Notes: generated from the letters alone by a model not told the origin. Counted from the stretch's first letter, positions 39,531-49,823 are shown. The stretch: 54,578 nucleotides of DNA from a virus (IMGVR_UViG_3300013383_000019); one strand, 5' to 3'. Translations and numbers: made by a program.

Positions 39531-39953
39531 TCACAAAATATTGTAGCGCGCCATCTTGTACCAGATCATCCGCTGCCGGGAATCCAGATCTGTGATTTTC
39601 TGCTGCAAGTTTGCGAACGGTTTGTCGCCGTGCGTCACGGACATCGCGTCCGTCGTGTAGCTTGTGATATCATCCACGCTCGCCTGTACCTTGCGGTAGA
39701 AAGCGATCTCTGCCGTTGTGAGCACATATTCCTGCTCGTCCAGCAGCAGGTCGTCCGAGAACCGGGCGCGAATTCCTCCGTCGAAGATAAACATATCTTC
39801 GGAATACTGCATCGTGCGCCCCGTCATCACATACAAATATCGAATAGCGTCCACCACGAACTCGATGAGCTCATCTTCGCCGACCGTATCGGGAACGCTC
39901 TGCCATTCGATGCGCTGAAAAAGCCGATGCGCAAGATTTATCACGTCGGTCAT
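39531..39953 (-). CDS. Head-tail connector-like protein
   Basis: AGGAG RBS, helical, synteny. Confidence 0.65.
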   Translation of the reverse strand: MTDVINLAHRLFQRIEWQSVPDTVGEDELIEFVVDAIRYLYVMTGRTMQYSEDMFIFDGGIRARFSDDLLLDEQEYVLTTAEIAFYRKVQASVDDITSYTTDAMSVTHGDKPFANLQQKITDLDSRQRMIWYKMARYNIL

Positions 39954-39967
39954 GGCGTTCACTCCTT

Positions 39968-40396
39968 TTATTCTTCGTCAACAAAGGCGCGCCCAGGCAT
40001 ATGCTCGCGCAGCACCTTCAATTTCCCCATCGTCAGGTTCATCTTGACCGCCACGTCATAAATCCGGTCAAGAATATACGGCTCTTTTACCGTTTCCAGC
40101 CACTCGCCAATTTTCTTCGGCGTCCCGCCCAGTCTCTTCTGGATTTCCTCATCTGTGATGAACGCGGGATTCGTTTCCGGATCGATACCGATCGCCTGCA
40201 TTACCGCTTCTTCTTTTTTATCTACACGCAGGTATCCCCGCTGAAACAGCGTGCTGATAGACGCGATATAGCTGATATCGTCCTCGCTCAACAGTGCAAA
40301 ACTGCCGGGCGCAATATTCAGCCCCATCGGCCGGTCAAACGTCACAACACCGACGTCAAACTTCTGCGGGTTAAAAACCTTGATTCTCTCTGCCAT
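39968..40396 (-). CDS. Phage protein downstream of the capsid gene (142 aa)
   Basis: AAGGAG RBS, intact ORF. Confidence 0.7.
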   Translation of the reverse strand: MAERIKVFNPQKFDVGVVTFDRPMGLNIAPGSFALLSEDDISYIASISTLFQRGYLRVDKKEEAVMQAIGIDPETNPAFITDEEIQKRLGGTPKKIGEWLETVKEPYILDRIYDVAVKMNLTMGKLKVLREHMPGRAFVDEE

Positions 40397-40414
40397 TGCC
40401 TTTGCTCCTTTATA

Positions 40415-40448
40415 AAAATCAGGGGGAGGGGAATTTCCCCTCGCCCCT
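40415..40448 (-). terminator. Terminator after the capsid gene
   Basis: GGGGCGAGGGG/CCCCTCCCCC hairpin plus ATTTTTAT. Confidence 0.75.
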
Positions 40449-40457
40449 TAGCGAAGA

Positions 40458-41465
40458 TTAAAGAGTTGTGTCTTCGTACACGCTCAGATACGGACGATCG
40501 CCATAGACGATACCGGCACCCAGATACTGGTCCAGACGGACTTCGTAGGAGCTGTCGTCAATATTGGTCGCTTCCTGAGAGAAGATGTCGCCTTCGAACA
40601 CGACCTTGAGCGGACGCATTGCGGCGTCTGCGCCGGCCGGGAAGATGTACAGCTTGTCGGTGTCAAGAGCAAAGGTGTTGGTGCCCTCGACGATGGGGTT
40701 GATCATATTGATAACCTTCGCGCCGTTGTAGATGCCAACATAACCCATGCGGTTCGCTTCCTCGATAAGGCTGTCAGCAAACTGCTTGGTTGTAGTATTC
40801 GCAGAGAAGCCGGTCTGCTCAGCGAGCTTCGAGACAATATCGATGTCGCCGACGATAACCGCGCCGCCGCCGGCGGACACACGGTTCCAGAAACGAATCT
40901 GGTTATCGAGGGTTGCCTTCACCACGCCGGAACCGGACGCATAAAACGGAGAAGCCCACTGGGTAGCAGCCGCGTTCAGCACACCCTTGATATAGCCAAG
41001 CTCTTTAAGCTCCATCTGGTACGCCGCGTCATTAATCAGATCAGACATCTGTGCCTGACCGGTCTTCAGCTCGACGATGTTGATCACCGGGCGGGCAGAC
41101 ACGGCAACGGTGTCCAACGTAATCTGTTTGTTCGCGACCTTGCTGCGAGCAGTGGTTGCGCCCTTCGCCTGGATGTAGGCGCGGATGCCTTCCTGCTTCA
41201 CCTTGAAGGCGGCCTTCTCGTTGAAGCCCACGCGCTTCACATCGGCAACCATATCAAGGAAGTTGGTGGCCGGACGAACGATTTCGTTCACTGCAAAGCC
41301 AACCAGCTGCGCGATCTGGTAGCGGTTGTTGGGGGTGGGGTTGGATGCCAGATCCTTAATCAGATTGCTGGCCTCCGCTGCAACGTTAGAGTCGACGCGC
41401 TCATGCTTGGCCTGCGCCACCATAACGTCGACGATTTTGGAATCCTTACGAATCTCAATAGCCAT
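40458..41465 (-). CDS. Major capsid protein (335 aa)
   Basis: Size, synteny after protease and decoration genes, strong codon bias, HK97-like C-terminal pattern. Confidence 0.8.
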   Translation of the reverse strand: MAIEIRKDSKIVDVMVAQAKHERVDSNVAAEASNLIKDLASNPTPNNRYQIAQLVGFAVNEIVRPATNFLDMVADVKRVGFNEKAAFKVKQEGIRAYIQAKGATTARSKVANKQITLDTVAVSARPVINIVELKTGQAQMSDLINDAAYQMELKELGYIKGVLNAAATQWASPFYASGSGVVKATLDNQIRFWNRVSAGGGAVIVGDIDIVSKLAEQTGFSANTTTKQFADSLIEEANRMGYVGIYNGAKVINMINPIVEGTNTFALDTDKLYIFPAGADAAMRPLKVVFEGDIFSQEATNIDDSSYEVRLDQYLGAGIVYGDRPYLSVYEDTTL

Positions 41466-41504
41466 TATCTTTCACCTCAAATTATCAATTCCGGTATTCG
41501 CGGA

Positions 41505-41957
41505 TTAGGGGTCGCCGCCAGTACCGGCTGTCTTCTTGGCAACGGTACCGTTAGCCGCAATATTCGCCTGATCGCCAACCGCCAGCGCCGCGTACACGGT
41601 ATCGTCAACGGTCATGATCAGCTCTTCACCATCAAGGCAGCGGTGCATGCGAACATAATCGCCCACCTTGCAGGTGTACTTCGCGGTGTCGTAAGCTTCG
41701 GCGTCATTAATGTCCCATTCGTTCTCAAGGAAGAAGACTTCGTCGTCGCCGTGGTTCACAACGTCCAGCACGAGCGCCGGGCGGTTCCACAGCGTGGTCT
41801 TTTCCACAACGCGCAGAACCATACCGGTCTTTGCGGCTGCGACAGGCTTCACGCCGTCAGTAGTAATTTCAACAAACACGCCGTTCTCCATTGCGGCAGC
41901 GGCGGTATTGGCTCCGTCGTAAACGTAGCCCTGCAGTTTCTTCATATATCCTGCCAT
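41505..41957 (-). CDS. Capsid decoration / cement-like protein (150 aa)
   Basis: AGGAGG RBS, ENG.FV motif, between scaffold and capsid genes. Confidence 0.65.
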   Translation of the reverse strand: MAGYMKKLQGYVYDGANTAAAAMENGVFVEITTDGVKPVAAAKTGMVLRVVEKTTLWNRPALVLDVVNHGDDEVFFLENEWDINDAEAYDTAKYTCKVGDYVRMHRCLDGEELIMTVDDTVYAALAVGDQANIAANGTVAKKTAGTGGDP

Positions 41958-41975
41958 AATTTTTCCTCCTCGCAA

Positions 41976-43163
41976 TCAGCGGCTTTCAAGCAGACCGCCG
42001 TACTTGCTTTCAACTTTCATATTTTCGGTAATCACAAAGCTCGCCGTAGCAGTCTGTGTTTCCGGCTTGGAAATTTCCATCGCCATCGTGGCGATAGTTT
42101 CATAGTTCAGTTCCGCGATTGCCGCCTGAACCTTTTCGTCCTCAACGTCCAGCCCCTGCTTCTGTGCGAATGCTTTCGCGTTTTCCTGCTTGGCCTTCAG
42201 TTCGGCTGCCGCCTGTTCCGCCTTAATGGTTTCCAGCTCGGCCTTGGCCTTGTTCAATTCCTCGATCTGAGCGTTCAGCTCTTCGATCTTCTGGTCTTTT
42301 TCAGCGGCTGCCGCGTTCGCCTCTTCCAGCTTCTCGGCGCACTGCTTGCGCTCCTCTTCCGCCGCCGCAGCGGTTTCCGCATCGCGCTTGGCCTTTTCTT
42401 CGGCCTCAGGATCGGGCTTCGCCTCTTCCTTCAGCTTCTCGTTTTCCTCGGCCATCGCAGCGTTCTGCTGCTGAAGCTCCGCAATCAGCTGATCCTTTTC
42501 AGCAATTGCCTGCTTGGCTTCTTCAATCGTCACTTTGTTTTCAACTCCTTCAGTCGCGTTCTCCGCTTCCGCTCCATCCGCTTTTTCCTCCGCCACCAGC
42601 GACAGCGCCGTAGACTCGCGATAAGCCGGAGTCGATACGATCGCCATGCCCGTCAACGCGTTCGTGTCCGCCGCGTCCACATAGCGAACGCCCTCGATCA
42701 CAACCGTGTTATCCGGCACATACTTGATCTCGAAAGAAAAATTCAGCGCGGCAATGTTGTACAATTCCAGTACGCACTGGCAAACGTCCGCTTCCCGCTT
42801 GGGGATGCGAGCCTCGCCCATCAGCGATATGCCGTACTCGTCGCTCTCCTTCCAGAAGCGGCAGAGACTGCCAATCTGGGTAGAGTCGAACTTTCCGGTG
42901 CCCGGATTGTACATATGCCCAAGGTTTCTGTAGTCGCGCGCCCGCAGCCGATTGATATCGACATAGAGCGGGAGGCAGTCATACTTCGCAGGGTTCATAA
43001 CAATTTCATCAATGAACGCCTGCGTGACGCCTTCCCGGTTTCCATTCGGGCGCGTAGACAACATTCTCATCGTGACATAAAGAAAAATGTCATTCGATTT
43101 CTGTTCGGAGATGGAGATGTCGGAAGCAAGAAAGTAAAGTTTCTCGTCCGTCAACATAACCAC
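41976..43163 (-). CDS. Prohead protease-scaffold fusion (395 aa)
   Basis: N-terminal HK97-type protease fold (FSFEI...GMAIV..PAY), C-terminal Ala/Glu/Lys coiled coil. Confidence 0.8.
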   Translation of the reverse strand: MVMLTDEKLYFLASDISISEQKSNDIFLYVTMRMLSTRPNGNREGVTQAFIDEIVMNPAKYDCLPLYVDINRLRARDYRNLGHMYNPGTGKFDSTQIGSLCRFWKESDEYGISLMGEARIPKREADVCQCVLELYNIAALNFSFEIKYVPDNTVVIEGVRYVDAADTNALTGMAIVSTPAYRESTALSLVAEEKADGAEAENATEGVENKVTIEEAKQAIAEKDQLIAELQQQNAAMAEENEKLKEEAKPDPEAEEKAKRDAETAAAAEEERKQCAEKLEEANAAAAEKDQKIEELNAQIEELNKAKAELETIKAEQAAAELKAKQENAKAFAQKQGLDVEDEKVQAAIAELNYETIATMAMEISKPETQTATASFVITENMKVESKYGGLLESR

Positions 43164-43250
43164 AATCCTTCCTCAAAACTGCGTTAGGAGGGCCACAGTT
43201 TCTTGTGAAGTTATATAAACATGGCTTTCGCCATATCTATCAAAAAATTT

Positions 43251-44837
43251 TTACCCATCTGTGCTGGGCTTCGGCTGCTTGCCCGTTATCGCGTTCGCCG
43301 GATCGCTCGTGCGCTCCGATTCGTCCACTTCAGGCCGTCCAACCTTCCCCTCGATCAACGGCTCGTCCGGTTCCGTATTGGAAACCGTGTCATTGTCTGT
43401 GCTGTTGCCTGCGTCTGTTTCTTTCTTCGGCATCAACACCTGCGCATTGCCGCTGTTATCCTCTGTTTTCTTCCGCTCGACTTCCTGATCGTAGTCATAG
43501 CCGTAGGTTTGCAGCAGCGTCTTGTCGGACACCACGCCCTTCTCCCACAGCTTCATACACGCTTCGCGGAAGTCCTTGTCGCCAGAGAGGTCGACCGGCG
43601 GGAATGTAAACAGAGGGATGCTGGATTCCGCGCTATGCGGGATAGAAGCCGCGCCGCCCGCGCCGTTCAGCCTGCGATTGATTTTGTTCATCATCTCGCA
43701 GAAGCTGTCCTTCGCCTGACGGATACGCATCGCCGCCGTCTTCATGCTGACCTGCGCGCTCGCGAACGTCGAGCCGTCTTCCGACCGGCCGCTGACGATC
43801 ACGCCGCTGATTCCGCCGGCATTCAGGATTTCGGCGTTCACGCCCTTGTACTTGTCGTACTCGAACATGTCGTCCATCTTCGGCTGGATCACTTCTGCCG
43901 CGCACCAGTTATTGGTAACCGCCAGTGCGGTGCCCGTCATGGCGCTTTTGAAGATGTTCGACACCTGCCGCAGCGCGTCGACTGTCGGGACCACTTCATT
44001 CTTCGGGTCGCCGTATTTTACATGGAGAAAAGCCATCGCGCCCAAGTTCAGCAGCGAATCTTCATACTGCGAAATAATTTCCTTCTTGGAAAACGCGCGC
44101 AGGCATGTCGCCACCATCGGCACCGCATACCGCACCCAGTCTTCCTTCAGGTCCTGCAATACGAACGTATTCGCCGGATTCAGCTGGACATATTCCTTGC
44201 CTTCCTTTACGGCCGTCTGCACTTCTTTGGGGAAACCGCGCAGCCGAACGTCCAGCAGCTCGTCGTCCAGGTAATCCTTTTTTGCTTTAACGCCTTCGCG
44301 CTTCAGGTCCTGCGTAATGGTGCGGCAGTTGAATTCCAGCACCGGTTCTCCATCTACCATGACGTTCGCAATACGGATCATGTGTACCGGCAAAGTAATA
44401 AGAGAACCATCATCCATCAGGTATACATATACGTTTCCGTATTTGTAATATTGGAGGAAGATGCTCCTCATCTTATCTTTCAAATGAATCCTGTCATAGT
44501 AGTCAAGATATTTCTTCTTAACCTTCTCATTCGCGCCAACAAGTCGAAAGTCATCCGCAATACTAAACGGAGTGTAGACTTCCTTGATAATGCCGCGATA
44601 CAAAGGATCGGCGTCTACGTAATAATCGCTCAGCTGAAACAGACTTGTAATATTTGTCTGTTTATCTCTCAGTATCGTATCATAGTCATAACTCGCAAGA
44701 TCACCTGTATAGGTAATGTTGCGGTTATTGAACGTAATGCTTACATCGTCTTTGGCCGCGCCCACCGCGATTTCCCTCGGAGGGGCGAGCGAAGACTGCT
44801 GAGGCGAACGGTTCCATAGCCTGTTAAAAAATCCCAT
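43251..44837 (-). CDS. Portal protein (528 aa)
   Basis: Follows TerL; AGGAGG RBS, MGFFNRLW start, YY.YGNVY motif. Confidence 0.8.
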   Translation of the reverse strand: MGFFNRLWNRSPQQSSLAPPREIAVGAAKDDVSITFNNRNITYTGDLASYDYDTILRDKQTNITSLFQLSDYYVDADPLYRGIIKEVYTPFSIADDFRLVGANEKVKKKYLDYYDRIHLKDKMRSIFLQYYKYGNVYVYLMDDGSLITLPVHMIRIANVMVDGEPVLEFNCRTITQDLKREGVKAKKDYLDDELLDVRLRGFPKEVQTAVKEGKEYVQLNPANTFVLQDLKEDWVRYAVPMVATCLRAFSKKEIISQYEDSLLNLGAMAFLHVKYGDPKNEVVPTVDALRQVSNIFKSAMTGTALAVTNNWCAAEVIQPKMDDMFEYDKYKGVNAEILNAGGISGVIVSGRSEDGSTFASAQVSMKTAAMRIRQAKDSFCEMMNKINRRLNGAGGAASIPHSAESSIPLFTFPPVDLSGDKDFREACMKLWEKGVVSDKTLLQTYGYDYDQEVERKKTEDNSGNAQVLMPKKETDAGNSTDNDTVSNTEPDEPLIEGKVGRPEVDESERTSDPANAITGKQPKPSTDG

Positions 44838-44851
44838 CGCCTGTCGCCTCC

Positions 44852-46540
44852 TTAAAATTTTGTAACCAGCCCAATGCACTCCTCAGAGGAGCCCTGGATG
44901 TATTTCTTTTTGCGCAGTTCTTCCAGCCCACTGATATATAGCAACGCCATGCCCAGCGAACTGTACCGGTCTTTGTGCTGCGTTGATTTTGCCACGTCGT
45001 ACACGACCGCGCCCGCCTGCGTCGCTTTCGCAACCACGTTGCCCATCTCGATCTGGAGCGCGTCCGCTTCGATGAAAATCGCTTTCTCTTCCTGCGTCAG
45101 TGCTTTGCTTTGCGTTTCGTCATCATCTTCATCCCGCAGCATCACCTTGTTCCCAAGCACATGGCGCGAGTTAACCGGCAGCTCAAGCGATTCCTGCTCG
45201 AGAGCGATTGTTATGGAGGATACGATCTGCTGGTTTACCGTGATATTCGCAATAACCGGATGCAATAGCGGCACCGCATTGTGGATAATAGATTTCTCTG
45301 TGTCCATTACCAGCGGCGGATATTCCTTCCCATTTATGTCCACCCACGGCTGTGCCAGGAATTGCGGGAAAGCGTCACCCAGGCCGCGATGGTCGAATAC
45401 AACCTTGACTGTCCGCGGGAATTTCACCAGCAACTTTCGTACCTCGCCAGCCAACGCGTCCAGCCGTTTGCCGTGAAAAGATCGAATGTAGACAAGTTTC
45501 TTAATGTAGCCTCCATCGTCGCATTCGATCAATTTGATTACCGTAATAACCGCGTTGTCTGCATACTTCGAAGCCGACGTAGCCAAGTCGACGCCAATTA
45601 TGTAGTCTGATGTGCTCGATTTCGGCATTGCCACCTCGACGTCTTTCAGCACGCGGCATTTCTCCGTCAGTTCGTATGGGAACAAACTTCCCGCCTCAGC
45701 GCCGACAAAAATCGAATCATACTCCATTGCGAATTTGGATTCTTCCATGTCCCGGCGTTCCTTCTCGAAAAACGCCATAGGAGAAATCCCGACACGCGCC
45801 GCCGCCTCATAGTTTAACGCGCAGGCAAAGCAGTCTTTCTCGCCCTTTGCCATGTTCCGCAGTGTCCCGGTGAAAGCGTCGAAAAAATAATTGCTCTTCA
45901 GACACGCACTGGTGATACTAATCATCTTGGATGGATAGTCCGGTATCCCAAGCTGTACGCAGTTGTCGCGCGTCGTATTTCGAACCGGCTTCGCGATGGC
46001 TTCAAGGTCTTCCTTTTTTACCTCGGGTGCTTCGTCGATGACAATAACTTTCGCACGGTTTCCGCGGAATGTACCAATTGAATAGCTCTCAATTTTGCTT
46101 CCGTTCCGCAGCCGGCATACACCCTTGTTGCGGGCAAGCTGTACGGCGGAATGCCCGTTTGTTTCAATTTCCCGCAGTATATCCGTGTTCCGCACAAAGT
46201 AGTCGTCGATCTTTTTGATAACCAGCGTTGCCTGCTCCGCTGTGCCGCTGATGACCGCAATCAGGCTTCCGGGGTACAACACCCCCATCGCCAGACAGCA
46301 CACCGCCGTCAGCCATGTCTTACCGAAGCCGCGGCTCTGCACAAAATAGATTGTCTCGCGGTTTCCAAACATCCGGGCTTCGACCTTCTGGACATCTTTA
46401 AGCTTTATCTTGAAGTAGTCCTCGATGAAAACATCCAAATGTGTTCGCCAATACCAGATCTGCTCCTCCCAGCCGGGATCATTTTTGATCTCACGAATCT
46501 GGGTTGCTTTCATGATTCTGCTGTGGTCAATTGGGTTCAT
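44852..46540 (-). CDS. terL: Terminase large subunit (562 aa)
   Basis: Walker A SRGFGKT, Walker B VIVIDEA, nuclease IGVDLA and KDRYS motifs. Confidence 0.92.
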   Translation of the reverse strand: MNPIDHSRIMKATQIREIKNDPGWEEQIWYWRTHLDVFIEDYFKIKLKDVQKVEARMFGNRETIYFVQSRGFGKTWLTAVCCLAMGVLYPGSLIAVISGTAEQATLVIKKIDDYFVRNTDILREIETNGHSAVQLARNKGVCRLRNGSKIESYSIGTFRGNRAKVIVIDEAPEVKKEDLEAIAKPVRNTTRDNCVQLGIPDYPSKMISITSACLKSNYFFDAFTGTLRNMAKGEKDCFACALNYEAAARVGISPMAFFEKERRDMEESKFAMEYDSIFVGAEAGSLFPYELTEKCRVLKDVEVAMPKSSTSDYIIGVDLATSASKYADNAVITVIKLIECDDGGYIKKLVYIRSFHGKRLDALAGEVRKLLVKFPRTVKVVFDHRGLGDAFPQFLAQPWVDINGKEYPPLVMDTEKSIIHNAVPLLHPVIANITVNQQIVSSITIALEQESLELPVNSRHVLGNKVMLRDEDDDETQSKALTQEEKAIFIEADALQIEMGNVVAKATQAGAVVYDVAKSTQHKDRYSSLGMALLYISGLEELRKKKYIQGSSEECIGLVTKF

Positions 46541-47415
46541 AGCTGCCCCTCCAACCCGACCGACCGGAGCGTGTGCTCAAAATCATGTATTATCTTGTCC
46601 ACGTCATCTTCAGGAAAAGTGAAACCGTTTGTGTCCAGTTTGCCTGATACTTCGAGCCGCAGGATAATTTCGCCCAGCGATCCTAGCCCCGTTGCCTCGC
46701 CCGCCTTGCGTTTACAAGCTGCGAAGTTCGAGGATTTTGAAAGGTCGTCAAATATTTTCTGCGCTTCTTTGTATTCCTGATAGGACCCTTCGCCTCGCCG
46801 CATCCTGTCTTCCGCAACATCGGCGTTCAGGCTCGCCTTCGCAATTTTGCGTGCGTAATCCTGAATATTGATATTGTCCAACACGAAGTCTTCTTCGTAC
46901 CGGGCGTAGGTATCATCCAGCCACTCGATCTGGGTCGGTGTATAGTAACCGCGCCAGACCTTGCTGTATACCATCTTCTCCGCCTTTGTAGCGTCGTCGA
47001 TCATCTGCTCCCCGTCGGTGGATTGGGAGTTGCCCATGTTGTCGACATACACATAGATATTCGACAGGTTCATAATTCCCCAGAAACTCTTGATCGTAAA
47101 CTTCGTTACCATCTCGCGCTTCTTTTCAATCGGAGTAGATGAGCTGCAATATGTCTGGTCGGTGGAAAGTTGCAGATACGCTTTCTTTTCTGCGGTTTCC
47201 CAGTATTTGTCTTTCCAAAGGCGGTTGTTTTCGTAGCAATACTGCTCCAGCTTCTCCTTATCGGTGCAGTATTCCTTCGCACAATCGCGGCACCAGGAGT
47301 CGCGATACATCTGCTGCTTCCAGCCCTTGTTGGGATAGTATTCGATAAGGGGAAGAACTCTGTTGCAGCGCATGCAAATCTTGGTGATTACACCGGCTTG
47401 TTTTTGCCGCGCCAT
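46537..47415 (-). CDS. Zinc-finger protein upstream of TerL, probable terminase small subunit (292 aa)
   Basis: CxxC...CxxC N-terminus, ATGA overlap with terL. Confidence 0.6.
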   Translation of the reverse strand: MARQKQAGVITKICMRCNRVLPLIEYYPNKGWKQQMYRDSWCRDCAKEYCTDKEKLEQYCYENNRLWKDKYWETAEKKAYLQLSTDQTYCSSSTPIEKKREMVTKFTIKSFWGIMNLSNIYVYVDNMGNSQSTDGEQMIDDATKAEKMVYSKVWRGYYTPTQIEWLDDTYARYEEDFVLDNINIQDYARKIAKASLNADVAEDRMRRGEGSYQEYKEAQKIFDDLSKSSNFAACKRKAGEATGLGSLGEIILRLEVSGKLDTNGFTFPEDDVDKIIHDFEHTLRSVGLEGQL

Positions 47416-47429
47416 AATAATTCCTCCAA

Positions 47430-47460
47430 TAAAAATACCCCGGCCTTGCGGCAGGGGTAG
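47430..47460 (-). terminator. Intrinsic terminator
   Basis: TACCCCTGCC-GCAA-GGCCGGGGTA plus T5. Confidence 0.8.
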
Positions 47461-47463
47461 AAC

Positions 47464-48648
47464 TTACAATTTGATTGGATACACGCACCGGCGGCCATAA
47501 CCATGTTCTATCAGCATAGCGATCGCCCCGGCGGTTCCCCCGTAGTGTTTTGTCTGCGCATAACGGTCAGGGCCGCAAATGCTCGGTATCCGAACGATCA
47601 CGCTGTTCCCGTCCGGCGTTACGCCGGATGGATATTCCTGCTCCCGATGCTTGTGCGCACAGATGAAAAAATCGATCGGCTCCCCGTAAAGGTTCACCGC
47701 ATTGCGCGCGATATCTGAGATGGAGCGTTCTTCGTCTCCGTGTAGCAGGAGAAAATTAAACCCTTCCACGCTCACGTAGTTCATCCGCTCGCAGCTCGCG
47801 TCGATATAAATTCCGTCCTCCGCAAGCCGGCTCTCAAGATACCACATAATGATCTTCTCAAGATTTTCCTCTTCAAACTCGCGGTTCTTTGCTTTCAGCG
47901 GGCGAACTTCAGAATGATTGCCGCTTACCGCATGCACGGAAACCAGACATCCTGTTTCGATGTACAGTCGCTGTATCCATTTCGCAAGATATTCCGCCAG
48001 CTGGATTGTGCTCTCCACAAGCCCGTATTCCAGCCGCATCAATTGAGATTGTCGGAGCATCCCGTCCAGCATGTCGCCCATGAGGAATAGATACAGCGTG
48101 TGCGGATGTTCCTTTACTACGATCTTTTTCGTCTCGACCAGAAGTCTTTCCATTCGGCTTCTGAACACATTGTGATCGTACTGATTTACAACTTCTCCGC
48201 GCAGCCCCTTGATCTTTATCTCTGCCCCATAATGGAAATCGCCGACAGCCAGCGTCAACGCCTTGTTGCCATTGTCGCTGTCAAGCCGCACCGGAGTCCA
48301 TTTGTATTGCCCTGCCGAAGGCAGCGCTTTCACCGCCTCACGGATCGTCTCCCGTAATAGTTCGCTGCGAGACTGTGTGCGATACATCTGGTTGACTTGC
48401 TTCGTCAAGTCGCGCATCTTCTGCCGTTCGATGAAACCGGCTTCCTGCCCGCCGCCCAGCATCCCTGCGTCAGCCGCGAGCTTTATTCCCACGCCGGCTT
48501 TGCGCAGCGTTTCAGCGTTGATGCCAAGGTCATATTCCTCAACGATCTCGCTCCAATCCTTGTCGCTCAGACCGTTTTTCTTTTCCTTAATGACGCCGAT
48601 CAGGTTTCTTTTTTCCTGCGCCGTCAGCTCCTCCAACAATCTGCTCAT
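47464..48648 (-). CDS. Calcineurin-like metallophosphoesterase (394 aa)
   Basis: GDFHYG, MGD, GNH, HGD and H.H motifs. Confidence 0.88.
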   Translation of the reverse strand: MSRLLEELTAQEKRNLIGVIKEKKNGLSDKDWSEIVEEYDLGINAETLRKAGVGIKLAADAGMLGGGQEAGFIERQKMRDLTKQVNQMYRTQSRSELLRETIREAVKALPSAGQYKWTPVRLDSDNGNKALTLAVGDFHYGAEIKIKGLRGEVVNQYDHNVFRSRMERLLVETKKIVVKEHPHTLYLFLMGDMLDGMLRQSQLMRLEYGLVESTIQLAEYLAKWIQRLYIETGCLVSVHAVSGNHSEVRPLKAKNREFEEENLEKIIMWYLESRLAEDGIYIDASCERMNYVSVEGFNFLLLHGDEERSISDIARNAVNLYGEPIDFFICAHKHREQEYPSGVTPDGNSVIVRIPSICGPDRYAQTKHYGGTAGAIAMLIEHGYGRRCVYPIKL

Positions 48649-48679
48649 TGTCTGCTCCTTTATCCATGAAACACCTTTA

Positions 48680-48713
48680 TAAAAAGAGGGCGGCAGAGAA
48701 GTTGTGCCGCCCA
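48680..48713 (-). terminator. Intrinsic terminator
   Basis: GGGCGGCA/TGCCGCCC stem plus TCTTTTT. Confidence 0.8.
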
Positions 48714-48729
48714 GTGGAACATTGATCCG

Positions 48730-49224
48730 TCAGGACATGTACTGCTGCGCCGGATGATCTGCCAGCCATTCGTTGCCGCTGGTCAGATTATAATGAGCGG
48801 AAGTAGCGCCGACGTGTGTGAACGTGCCGAGATATTCTGTAACCTTGAAATACGGACAAATCTCCGGATTCTTGTGGTCGCAGAATTCCTTCGTCACCTG
48901 GCCATTCTCCATCAGGGTAAACGTACCGGGGTTGGCATAATCATGATAGCCCCACTTACCATCCGTGGTCTTTGTCACAACGCTTCGTGCAGCCGCGCCG
49001 CTCGCCGCATGGCCATCCGTATAATCCCACCATGTGCTATTCAGCGGGTAGCGAGTATTCTCGATCTGGACGAAAGAATCGGTCTTTGCATCCGCCACAA
49101 GCTTGCCGCCGTGAGGAAGCGTCGCCGCACCGAGCAGGCTGTTGCCGTTCCAGACATAGCAGCACGTGGTCGCAATCGATTCGTTCATAGACATCTTATT
49201 CATAGAGATAACAGGTTTCAGCAT
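48730..49224 (-). CDS. Hypothetical protein (164 aa, CC motif near the N-terminus)
   Basis: GGAGG RBS, intact ORF, followed by a terminator. Confidence 0.7.
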   Translation of the reverse strand: MLKPVISMNKMSMNESIATTCCYVWNGNSLLGAATLPHGGKLVADAKTDSFVQIENTRYPLNSTWWDYTDGHAASGAAARSVVTKTTDGKWGYHDYANPGTFTLMENGQVTKEFCDHKNPEICPYFKVTEYLGTFTHVGATSAHYNLTSGNEWLADHPAQQYMS

Positions 49225-49330
49225 TAAAGGTTCCTCCGTTTTGTGTTAAAATGTTGGGGCGGGCGGGAGGGAAGAATTGTCAGCGACCAGAGATGAAATA
49301 AATCTCAATAAACAGAAAGGAATACATAAG

Positions 49331-49438
49331 ATGGTTTTGATTTCAGTTCTCACACTGTAGAATGATATCGCCAAAGAGATTTTCTTGGTGCTGCTCGGCA
49401 TTCTTATCGAACAGTATCTTGAAGGTCGCTTAAAGTAA
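49331..49438 (+). CDS. 35-aa hydrophobic peptide, type I toxin-like, in-frame TAG at codon 10 (49358-49360)
   Basis: GAAAGGA RBS; MVLISVLTL*NDIAKEIFLVLLGILIEQYLEGRLK; TAACAGC/GCTGTTA hairpin at the stop; TG-N-TAAAAT extended -10 near 49247. Confidence 0.55.
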
Positions 49439-49539
49439 CAGCCCCAAGCTGTTATGTGATAGAGGCTAAGCCTTGATGGGATTCCGGCTTCCCGGTTCCA
49501 CCTGAAGCAAGCCGCCCGCCATAGCCCGTTATACGGGCG

Positions 49540-49617
49540 TGGTCGCACGATTCAGAGTCGAACTGACTAAGCCGAGGTATAAGCTCGGAGCGAAAATACC
49601 GTTTCGCGTTTCGTGCG
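49540..49617 (-). tRNA. tRNA with UAU anticodon (Ile, AUA-reading), atypical D and T arms
   Basis: 7-bp acceptor CGCACGA/TCGTGCG, A73, encoded CCA, stem CCGAG/CTCGG with loop CT-TAT-AC. Confidence 0.75.
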
Positions 49618-49823
49618 ATGCGGGGTCTTGTACGTAACTCGACCCCTGTGCTTTCCTTTTTCGTCAGGAAGCCAAACGCCATATTTGTATGGAATCCGCG
49701 TCAGCAATTTCGGTTCGACGCGATTAACCGGCAGACGACCCTCCGGAAGGCTTCGCCCGGGAGCGCTTCCCGAAGCAGGACGCATCTGCGCGCCCTCCGC
49801 TTGTTGCCTCTGGCCATTGGCGT

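Noticed and set aside
1366-48682. Many long + strand ORFs in the track (e.g. 6050..7639, 24690..26888, 41403..43187, 43221..44819)
   Set aside because: Antisense shadows of GC-rich - strand genes; no RBS or recognisable motifs
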